Under the pieces are notes generated by a model. It did not search any database. It was not told the DNA's origin and was given only the letters and a program-made list of their open reading frames with translations. Positions 46,917 through 54,200 of a stretch of 64,000 nt of DNA are shown here, in pieces. A program made the position numbers and the translations under genes. Within the stretch, counting starts at the first letter, position 1, and each line of letters opens with the position of its first letter. The DNA lies in IMG/VR virus record IMGVR_UViG_3300021963_000021, positions 186,001 through 250,000 of that record. One strand, 5' to 3'.

Positions 46917-47492
46917 TTATAGGATTCCTTCTTTGGTCAGTGTTGCTACTGCTTCATCGCTTAGAGGAATCTCTGTCTTAATGTTAAGTTCAAGGACTTC
47001 GTCATTGATCTTTTGTTTCTGCTTGCGTAGATTGCTAAGTTCAGTCTTGAACTTGTCAATGTCTCCTGTGCTGAGCACAGAAGTGTCTACGGTATCACTG
47101 TAGCCGTAAATGCTACGACGACTAGTTTCGTTCTTGTCGTTGCGTATCTTATCCAACTTGCCGTTGATTACGACCAAGTCAGCGACTGGTGCGTGTCTGA
47201 CCATTGCTTCTAGCTGACTGATACGCTTGTCAATGAAAGCCGCACGAGTCAACAACAGGTCGATTCCGCTCTGGGCGTTTGCCGCACCTACTAGGCCGCG
47301 GATGTTATATTGCGCAGCCAACAACAGGCCACGACGCTGATCGTTTTCCAACAGCTTCTTGTTGGCAGCATCAATTTCGGCCTTTGCGTCCTGGAACTCA
47401 TTAAGCTGGACATCCAACTTAATATCGATATTTTTCAAAGCATCGCTGATGCTGTTCTGGACTACGTTTGCTTTACGAAGAGTGATGTTCAT
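46917..47492 (-). CDS. hypothetical coiled-coil protein
   Basis: 191 aa with its own promoter and AAGGA RBS. Confidence 0.65.
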   Translation of the reverse strand: MNITLRKANVVQNSISDALKNIDIKLDVQLNEFQDAKAEIDAANKKLLENDQRRGLLLAAQYNIRGLVGAANAQSGIDLLLTRAAFIDKRISQLEAMVRHAPVADLVVINGKLDKIRNDKNETSRRSIYGYSDTVDTSVLSTGDIDKFKTELSNLRKQKQKINDEVLELNIKTEIPLSDEAVATLTKEGIL

Positions 47493-47515
47493 GTGTTTTT
47501 CCTTATGATTTATCT

Positions 47516-47544
47516 ATTATACTGCCTTGACATGCTGTTGTCAA
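47516..47544 (-). promoter_or_regulatory. sigma70 promoter TTGACA-N17-TATAAT
   Basis: Perfect consensus. Confidence 0.8.
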
Positions 47545-47545
47545 C

Positions 47546-47816
47546 AAAAAAATGACGGATCGGTAAAAGGTCAAGTAATAGACCGGACAATAGACAGTGG
47601 AAGGTTTGTAATCTTCCTATGACAATGTACAAGGTACAAAGCACAGAGGTCTATATATTTCCGATTAACAAATGACATTCTATTAGGGATCGGATCACAT
47701 AAACACGGACAGTTTTCAAGACTGTTTGCGTTAAGTTCGGATTAGGCTTGGAGCCTAAGCCATTTTGTCCATCCTCATCTACCTTTTACTTCACCGGCTA
47801 GTTTTAATAAACTAGC
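47546..47816 (-). ncRNA. candidate structured ncRNA (about 270 nt)
   Basis: Nested long-range stems and several hairpins; no ORF on the minus strand. Confidence 0.5.
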
Positions 47817-47821
47817 AAAAC

Positions 47822-47897
47822 TGGTGCCGGTTGTCGGATTCGAACTGACCACATCCGCCTTACAAGAGCGGCGCTCTACCTAATGAGCTAAACCGGC
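47822..47897 (-). tRNA. tRNA-Thr(TGT)
   Basis: Loop CTTGTAA, CCA. Confidence 0.95.
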
Positions 47898-47920
47898 ATA
47901 AAACTATATATCAAACAACT

Positions 47921-48012
47921 TGGCGGAGATAGTTGGATTCGAACCAACGGTAGAGTTTAACCCCTACGACGGTTTAGCAAACCGCTGCCTTCAGCCACTC
48001 AGCCATATCTCC
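47921..48012 (-). tRNA. tRNA-Ser(GCT)
   Basis: Loop TTGCTAA, long variable arm. Confidence 0.95.
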
Positions 48013-48016
48013 GTAT

Positions 48017-48106
48017 TGGCGGAAGCGGTGAGATTCGAACTCACGGAACATTTCTGTTCGTCGGTTTTCAAGACCGGTGCAATCAGCCAGACTCTGCCAC
48101 ACTTCC
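48017..48106 (-). tRNA. tRNA-Ser(TGA)
   Basis: Loop CTTGAAA, long variable arm. Confidence 0.95.
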
Positions 48107-48111
48107 ATAAA

Positions 48112-48187
48112 TGGTAGGTCCTGACAGTCTCGAACTGCCGACATCCGCCGTGTAAAGGCGGCGCTCTACCAACTGAGCTAAGGACCC
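48112..48187 (-). tRNA. tRNA-Val(TAC)
   Basis: Loop TTTACAC, CCA. Confidence 0.95.
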
Positions 48188-48269
48188 AAAAGATCTATTC
48201 TGAAACACACTGGCTGTTGCTTGTCATTGTCTTTAACTACCTCTCGGTGGCGGTAGACCAATGTGTTTT

Positions 48270-49165
48270 AGAATAGTGTTAAGACTGAGATTACATCTTA
48301 ACCATAAGCACCTCTAGCATTACCGTACACCTTGCGAGCATACGTTCTCTAGATATCCACTGAGCCCTATTGCTAGGTATCCCAGTCTGCTTACAGTATC
48401 GCCGTTTTAAGTCAGGCAGTAGACTTGACGCCATATGCTATTCTACACCATCTATCCCGTTAACCTTGCGAGCTATTCGAGTGCGCTAACACTCTACGAA
48501 ACTTCCAGTATAAACTAATGTCACCTTGCGAGCTTCATTAGACTTGATTGTGTTACCACTCAAGTATTAGATACTTTTCACATATGACCGAGGCAGTCTT
48601 TGCGTTTTTGTTTAATGGCTGGAGTTGAACCAGCAACATTCTGTTTAATAGACAGACGATCTACCATTGATCTACATTGCAACCTACCGTGATGAGCTAC
48701 CTCTGTTGCTGTATACTCTTTTGGAATACACAATACAACTCACCACATACCTTTCCTCTCGCGGAGTAATCAGTGATGTTTCACGACCAGTGTCCTGCGT
48801 CAAAACAGTCCACCGCCCATTTACATTGCGCTAAAGCCCTTAGGAGCGACCCCTCGGACAATAACACTACCCTTTCTCATACCAGTTAATAAGTTGGTTT
48901 TGTATGGAAGTCAGCACCACCTGTTACTTTTCACGCACCCTGGTTCCCTTGCGGGCCAGTCGATACGCATTCTTCCCCATACACTTACTTGGCTGTTACA
49001 TCCACCGGTTTTGTCAGTGAACGCATCCTCACGGATGTGAGCAGGCTTGTTTACACGAACCATTGCTGGCGCTAGTATGTAGGCATTCTAGCTTTGGGTC
49101 GATCGCTCGACTTATTCTTCGTAGACGGCGGACCGCCTACAGGATGATAAACCACCCTAGAATTT
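48270..49165 (-). ncRNA. large structured ncRNA, GOLLD-like
   Basis: About 0.9 kb with no long ORF inside a tRNA array; repeated GCAA-capped hairpins and long-range stems. Confidence 0.55.
48611..48681 (-). pseudogene. tRNA-like domain (anticodon ATT) embedded in the large ncRNA
   Basis: Perfect D, anticodon and T arms; two acceptor mismatches; no CCA. Confidence 0.7.
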
Positions 49166-49251
49166 TTAAACCATATAAAAACACACTCACGGACATGGCT
49201 TGTTGGATGCAGCCTGCCTAACCGAACCAACTTCGGCAGTGTGTTTTTATA

Positions 49252-49335
49252 TGGTGCCCCAACCGAGACTTGAACTCGGACGCACTAGGCACTGGCTTCT
49301 AAGACCAGCGTGTCTACCAATTCCACCATCGGGGC
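49252..49335 (-). tRNA. tRNA-Leu(TAG)
   Basis: Loop CTTAGAA, long variable arm. Confidence 0.95.
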
Positions 49336-49393
49336 AATGTTTGTCTAACAATGTTAAAGAGCGTTACGCTGTTTTGTTTAACAGCATATGTAT

Positions 49394-49422
49394 ATTATAT
49401 CTTCTAACTGCCGCTGTGTCAA
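49394..49422 (-). promoter_or_regulatory. internal sigma70 promoter TTGACA-N17-TATAAT
   Basis: Perfect consensus upstream of tRNA-Leu(TAG) and the large ncRNA. Confidence 0.8.
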
Positions 49423-49452
49423 CACATTCTGGACATATTAGAAAATATTTTT

Positions 49453-49526
49453 TGGTGCCCAGACCAAGAATTGAACTTGGAATAATCGCTTATCAAGCGA
49501 CCGTTATACCATTTAACTATCCGGGC
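49453..49526 (-). tRNA. tRNA-Ile(GAT)
   Basis: Loop TTGATAA, CCA. Confidence 0.93.
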
Positions 49527-49535
49527 ATATTGAAT

Positions 49536-49750
49536 TTGTTGTAGTAGTGCCACCATCGTTATTGGCACCATTCACCTGGATTAACAAAGCCCGGGCAGGA
49601 CTCGGTACGTCACTTGGGATACTAGTCCAGTTAGCAACCAATCTGCGCCGATCTTCCGATCAGCCGGGAGTTGAACCCGTCCCCTTCTACTATTTCGGTA
49701 GTTCGAACTTACCTAGATAGCGTGACATTCTCTTGCTGACACTACAACAA
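49536..49750 (-). ncRNA. candidate structured ncRNA (215 nt)
   Basis: 10-bp terminal stem, two T-loop-like hairpins, GGAA tetraloop. Confidence 0.55.
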
Positions 49751-49754
49751 AACT

Positions 49755-49829
49755 TGGCTCCCCAGGGTGGGATCGAACCACCGACAAACGGATTAACAGT
49801 CCGCTACTCTACCTCTGAGCTACTAGGGA
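49755..49829 (-). tRNA. tRNA-Asn(GTT)
   Basis: Loop CTGTTAA. Confidence 0.95.
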
Positions 49830-49835
49830 ATAAAT

Positions 49836-49910
49836 TGGTGGAGGATAGCGGAATCGAACCGCTGACTCAAGCGTGCAAGGCTAGTGTTTTCCCAATTAGA
49901 CTAATCCCCC
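49836..49910 (-). tRNA. tRNA-Ala(TGC)
   Basis: Loop CTTGCAC. Confidence 0.93.
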
Positions 49911-49914
49911 AAAT

Positions 49915-49990
49915 TGGCGCCTCGTAGGGGAGTCGAACCCCTGTGTTCCGCTAGACAGGCGGGCATAATAGACCGTTATATGAACGAGGC
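49915..49990 (-). tRNA. tRNA-Asp(GTC)
   Basis: Loop CTGTCTA. Confidence 0.92.
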
Positions 49991-50000
49991 AAAACTTGTT

Positions 50001-50076
50001 TGGTAGCAGTAGTTGGACTCGAACCAACGATAAACACCGTATGAAGGTGCCGCATTAGCCGCTATGCTATACTGCC
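50001..50076 (-). tRNA. tRNA(CAT), elongator Met or Ile2
   Basis: Loop TTCATAC, paired acceptor. Confidence 0.85.
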
Positions 50077-50080
50077 ATAT

Positions 50081-50225
50081 CCATTTAGAAGTAACACAGT
50101 TTACTATTCTCTTGCTACCGAATGTGTAGTACCTTACAGGTCTACGTTACTAGTATCATCGGCTTTCCGCTTCGAACAAGGTTAGGTCTGATCATGACCC
50201 GACGAGCTGTGTTACTACTAAATGG
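50081..50225 (-). ncRNA. candidate structured ncRNA (145 nt)
   Basis: 18-bp terminal stem with one mismatch; multibranch interior. Confidence 0.55.
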
Positions 50226-50228
50226 TAA

Positions 50229-50305
50229 TGGTGTGCCCTCTGGGATTCGAACCCAGGACCCTCTGATTAAAAGTCAGATGCTCTAACCTACTGAGCTAAG
50301 GGCAC
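50229..50305 (-). tRNA. tRNA-Lys(TTT)
   Basis: Loop CTTTTAA. Confidence 0.95.
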
Positions 50306-50360
50306 AATCGTTTACCAGATTTACCATCATCTCCCATGGTAATTTCCTCCTTAAAAAACT

Positions 50361-50436
<76 letters not shown>

Positions 50437-50442
50437 ATTATA

Positions 50443-50518
50443 TGGTACACGGTACGGGAATCGAACCCGTCTTTCCGCCTTGAAAGGGCAGCGTCCTCAA
50501 CCGATAGACGAACCGTGC
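50443..50518 (-). tRNA. tRNA-Glu(TTC)
   Basis: Loop CTTTCAA. Confidence 0.95.
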
Positions 50519-50546
50519 GTAAAAAATTTTCAATTGTCAAAGAACG

Positions 50547-50623
50547 TGGAGCACAGGGTGGGACTCGAACCCACGAATCAACAGTTTTGCAGACTGCGCC
50601 ATTGGCCTCTCTGGTACCTGTGC
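50547..50623 (-). tRNA. tRNA-Cys(GCA)
   Basis: Loop CTGCAAA, U73. Confidence 0.95.
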
Positions 50624-50637
50624 GTTAAAGTCTATCA

Positions 50638-50666
50638 AGTATATGATAAATCAAACAGCTTGTCAA
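50638..50666 (-). promoter_or_regulatory. internal sigma70 promoter TTGACA-N17-TATACT
   Basis: Near-consensus, upstream of tRNA-Cys. Confidence 0.75.
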
Positions 50667-50751
50667 CTACTATTTTAGGTTTTTGTCGATGATGATCATC
50701 AAAACCGCTAACATGATTAGAACTGCCAATGCCCCATGTGAGTCTCCTTGT

Positions 50752-50825
50752 TGGTGCTCTAGCCAAGAATTGAACTTGAAATTCAGTCTTACCAAGACTG
50801 TGTTATACCATTTAACTACAAGAGC
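50752..50825 (-). tRNA. tRNA-Thr(GGT)
   Basis: Loop TTGGTAA. Confidence 0.93.
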
Positions 50826-50826
50826 A

Positions 50827-50905
50827 TGGTACCCCTGCTCAGATTTGAACTGAGAACAACTTCTCCTTTTGAGAGAGACGACTTTACCAATTTGTCCACA
50901 GGGGC
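50827..50905 (-). tRNA. tRNA-Leu(CAA), short variable arm
   Basis: Loop CTCAAAA; variable region of only about 7 nt. Confidence 0.8.
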
Positions 50906-50911
50906 ATACTT

Positions 50912-50987
50912 TGGTGCTGCCTCCTGGGATCGAACCAGGTTCCTCGGTTCTTCAGACCGGTGCTATGACCACATCAGCTAAAGCAGC
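50912..50987 (-). tRNA. tRNA-Phe(GAA)
   Basis: Loop CTGAAGA. Confidence 0.93.
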
Positions 50988-50997
50988 ATTTAATCTT

Positions 50998-51072
50998 TGG
51001 TGGATCTTGTAGGATTTGAACCTACGACCAACAGCGTGTCGAGCTGCTACTCTACCACTGAGCTAAAGATCC
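50998..51072 (-). tRNA. tRNA-Val(GAC)
   Basis: Loop TCGACAC. Confidence 0.9.
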
Positions 51073-51073
51073 T

Positions 51074-51147
51074 TGGGGTGAAACCGGGAATCGAACCCTG
51101 TCTACCTGTTTCACAGACAGGTGTGCGACCACTACACTAGTAACACC
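51074..51147 (-). tRNA. tRNA-His(GTG)
   Basis: Loop CTGTGAA, G-1:C73; some stem mismatches. Confidence 0.85.
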
Positions 51148-51152
51148 ATTAT

Positions 51153-51229
51153 TGGCCGGCCCGGAGAGACTCGAACTCCCAACCTCTAGTTTCGAAGACT
51201 AGCACTCTAATCCATTGAGTTACGGACCG
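51153..51229 (-). tRNA. tRNA-Arg(TCG)
   Basis: Loop CTTCGAA. Confidence 0.93.
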
Positions 51230-51235
51230 ATAACT

Positions 51236-51309
51236 TGGCTGGGGATGATGGATTCGAACCACCACAGACGGAATCAAAATCCGTAGTCCTACCATTAGAC
51301 GAATCCCCA
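51236..51309 (-). tRNA. tRNA-Gln(TTG)
   Basis: Loop TTTTGAT. Confidence 0.93.
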
Positions 51310-51313
51310 ATAT

Positions 51314-51387
51314 TGGCACCGGACCAGAGACTCGAACTCCGACGAACGGTTTTGGAGACCGTCATGCTGCCATTACATCAGCCCGAT
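51314..51387 (-). tRNA. tRNA-Trp(CCA)
   Basis: Loop CTCCAAA; D stem ATGT/GCAT gives U11:A24. Confidence 0.93.
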
Positions 51388-51388
51388 A

Positions 51389-51742
51389 TTATTTGATTGT
51401 GTCGTACCGAGTATCTTCGGTTTCGATAAAGTTGACCATTCCAACAGAGATATGATATCCTTCTGTTTTCATAGCTTGATATGCTTTTTGATACACGTCT
51501 GATTCTAAGAGATTCTTTTGAAAATCTCTAGCTTTAAACATGTCTTTAGAAAAGAAGTAGACGTTTTCTACTTGTGTTGTAGCATCCCAATCCCATGACT
51601 GCTTATCTTCTATAAGCCCTTGTTCTACACAGTCTTTTAGAAACGCAACGAATTCTAAGGAGATATCTTCTCTAAAGTTGATATCATCTTGGGTCTGAAA
51701 TTCAGCTCCGTAGTAAATTTGCTGTATTTGTGTAGCTATCAT
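51389..51742 (-). CDS. hypothetical protein inside the tRNA array
   Basis: 117 aa, AAGGA RBS, TAAATA motif upstream. Confidence 0.55.
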   Translation of the reverse strand: MIATQIQQIYYGAEFQTQDDINFREDISLEFVAFLKDCVEQGLIEDKQSWDWDATTQVENVYFFSKDMFKARDFQKNLLESDVYQKAYQAMKTEGYHISVGMVNFIETEDTRYDTIK

Positions 51743-51768
51743 GATTGGGATCCTTTTAGCTATTTATC

Positions 51769-51855
51769 TGGTGGAGGAAGTAAGATTCGAACCTACTAGT
51801 CCCTAAGAAAACAGATTTACAGTCTGCCGCACCCCTCCAACTGTGCCGTTCCTCC
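51769..51855 (-). tRNA. tRNA-Tyr(GTA)
   Basis: Loop CTGTAAA, long variable arm. Confidence 0.95.
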
Positions 51856-52100
51856 ATAATAAGTTACGCACTCATAGTCTATGACTACCTGTCCTTCCAG
51901 TCAACGGAAGTAGAATGCGTGTATTGAAATGCTCTCCGCTACGCTGTCATGCCCGTTCCAAGGGTCAAGAGAAAGCATTTTAATACGCTACCATTTATAC
52001 TCCTGCGTTTTCGCCACAGTTTCATCCGGTAGGCCGCCCGTTTGCTGGATGTTTAACGTGCCCAGCGAGGTCCTCGTTACCTCTTTTTCACACGTAGTAC

Positions 52101-52137
52101 AAAATGAAAAACCCCAGGGTTTCTAATCCTGGGGTCC
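52101..52137 (-). terminator. attenuator-type intrinsic terminator ahead of the tRNA array
   Basis: ACCCCAGG-ATTAGAAAC-CCTGGGGT followed by TTTTCATTTT. Confidence 0.85.
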
Positions 52138-52159
52138 TTTGGGTAAGTTTGTGTTGCTT

Positions 52160-52297
52160 TTACGCTACACGATCCTCCCGGGACCCCTGAATCTCTGGTG
52201 TACGATCATTTGATAGACTAATCGCAGACCAATAAGAGGGCATAAAGCCGCCTTGTTTGGCTGAGCAATATTGTCTATGAAGTGATGTCGTTTTCAT
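52160..52297 (-). CDS. putative leader peptide (45 aa, contains all 20 amino acids)
   Basis: Not in ORF track; MKTTSLHRQYCSAKQGGFMPSYWSAISLSNDRTPEIQGSREDRVA*; AAGGA upstream; contains the antiterminator strand 52192-52181. Confidence 0.65.
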   Translation of the reverse strand: MKTTSLHRQYCSAKQGGFMPSYWSAISLSNDRTPEIQGSREDRVA

Positions 52298-52348
52298 TTG
52301 ATTCAAAATTTCCTTAAAAGTTACACGTTATCTCTAACGCATGTCCTT

Positions 52349-52459
52349 ATTGTACATTTATTTAGCCTGCTTGTCAACCCCTATTTTTCTTTCTGGAAAA
52401 ATTTCTGGTCTTCTTACAAACTATGCTTCTATTATATGTTCTTTTTATTTATGTGTCAA
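52349..52459 (-). promoter_or_regulatory. tandem sigma70 promoters
   Basis: TTGACA-N17-TATAAT (52459-52431) and TTGACA-N17-TACAAT (52377-52349). Confidence 0.85.
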
Positions 52460-52488
52460 TTAAAATATACCCAGATTATGTGGCATTT

Positions 52489-53061
52489 TTACAACATTTG
52501 GCTAACATCTTCGTTGAACCTTATGGTAGCAACGACCCTTAGTGTGTCATAGGGATTGTGTACACCATGCGGAACATTGATGCGTAGTATAGCAGGTTTT
52601 GTTAGTTCAAGTCTATGGACTTCTCTTACCGAACTGTGTGAGTTGCCTCCGCAGTCATAGACTGGATAGAACACATCTGGATCGTCATTAACCTTTTCGT
52701 AGAACAGTGTTGTGGTGCCTTCGCAGTGTTCTAAAGGAAAATTCATAGCAAAGGTTGGTTCGTACAAAGTCCAATCTTCGTCTTTGGCATCAATGTGAAT
52801 GAATACTGACTCAGGATTAGCAGGGTCTGTGATTTCCATACTGTTCTTTGGAATACAGAAAAAGATCAATTGTCTAATAGTAAGATTAAAGTTGTCCTTG
52901 AGCATCTTGACCAGGTCAGGAAGTTCTCTTTCGACTTCATCAGGGAAGTGGCACCACCAAAGAGTGTCGGTGTTTCCTTTGGTATTGCGAAAATCAATCA
53001 ATGCCTGTCTATGTTTTTCAAAGTCAGGTATGTTTATAAATTTTGAATATTTCATTCCCAA
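52489..53061 (-). CDS. 2OG-Fe(II) oxygenase/cupin-like protein
   Basis: IHID...NFP...HGV...R.VATIRF. Confidence 0.55.
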   Translation of the reverse strand: MGMKYSKFINIPDFEKHRQALIDFRNTKGNTDTLWWCHFPDEVERELPDLVKMLKDNFNLTIRQLIFFCIPKNSMEITDPANPESVFIHIDAKDEDWTLYEPTFAMNFPLEHCEGTTTLFYEKVNDDPDVFYPVYDCGGNSHSSVREVHRLELTKPAILRINVPHGVHNPYDTLRVVATIRFNEDVSQML

Positions 53062-54188
53062 ACGTGTGCGCCTTTTTTAGGTACAGCAAAATTCAAATAA
53101 GTTTCAATTTTAGCTAGATCTTCTTTGGTTTTCAACGAGCATAGTTCGTTAGCAAAGTGTAATTCAACACCCAAATCTAATGCTAGTTGTAGAAGTTCAC
53201 TTCTACGCTCTACATCGTCGGTTAAACAGTACATGCTACACAGCACAATACCATCAGGGCGTTCTTTTATGTAGTGTTCTAGACCAGGTTGCCAGTCCAT
53301 ATGTTCGTTTTCAAACTCATAGCTGTTGTAACTGATCTTGTTTTTGACACAATATGGTTCTATAATGGCACGCTGCATTGGTAAGGGGATGTCTTTTGAA
53401 AACTTAGAATTCCAGCCAGCATAGGTAATAAAGCTCTTGCCAGTGTAGTCACCGGTCTGTGTTACTTCGTAGTCGCCAGGCAAGCGCATAAAGCCCCCAG
53501 GCAGTCGACGACCCCATTCTTCGCCTTCGATAAGGATACGCATATCCATACTAACACGAGTGTAGCCTTCTTCGTTGTTGACATTTCCGTGTATGTGTTC
53601 TTGGAAGAACAAATGACTCTGACCAGGTTTGAGTGTAACTGGCCATGCGTGTTTTAAACACTCATCTTCAAACTGTTCGAGACTCCACTTTTCAGCTAGT
53701 ACACGTTTAGTGACTTCTCTACTGATATCCAGATCCATCATCCACATGGTGTTAGTGCCTTTAGCTTCTGTAAAAGGTGTCCAAATGGTTCGGCAACCAC
53801 GACCATTGCCAACAAAGATACCTTGGTGGAAGGCCAACCTACGACCAACTTTGGCCTGCTGTGGAATCACTACACGCAGAGTTCCTTGGCGTTGTATCAT
53901 GTAACGTTTGTTTTGTATACGTTGAGGTACAATACTTTGAGCAAACTCGTCAAACAGTTCCATAAAGTCTCTGCGTGAACAGGCATTTTGAACATGCTGG
54001 CTGACTTTAACAATCTCGGGAGGAGATAAAACTTCGTGTAGTGTCTCTAATTCTTTGACCTGTGGTGCGACTTCTTGTACGATCGACAGGGCCCATGCCG
54101 GCCAGTTGTACTTGTTTACATCATAGTTAAGGGTTTTATTATCCCAATGTTCCTGTAAAGGTGTTAAAGTTGCCATTCTATTCTCCAT
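53052..54188 (-). CDS. 2OG-Fe(II) oxygenase fused to a small alpha/beta domain
   Basis: FHQG, LKPGQ..LF..EH.HGN.NN.EGYTRVSMD.R; C-terminal DGIVL.S domain. Confidence 0.6.
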   Translation of the reverse strand: MENRMATLTPLQEHWDNKTLNYDVNKYNWPAWALSIVQEVAPQVKELETLHEVLSPPEIVKVSQHVQNACSRRDFMELFDEFAQSIVPQRIQNKRYMIQRQGTLRVVIPQQAKVGRRLAFHQGIFVGNGRGCRTIWTPFTEAKGTNTMWMMDLDISREVTKRVLAEKWSLEQFEDECLKHAWPVTLKPGQSHLFFQEHIHGNVNNEEGYTRVSMDMRILIEGEEWGRRLPGGFMRLPGDYEVTQTGDYTGKSFITYAGWNSKFSKDIPLPMQRAIIEPYCVKNKISYNSYEFENEHMDWQPGLEHYIKERPDGIVLCSMYCLTDDVERRSELLQLALDLGVELHFANELCSLKTKEDLAKIETYLNFAVPKKGAHVWE

Positions 54189-54200
54189 ATATGCTAATTA

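Noticed and set aside
48017-48106. tRNA with TGA in the loop read as an opal suppressor
   Set aside because: Anticodon UGA decodes Ser UCA; the body is a normal class II tRNA-Ser.
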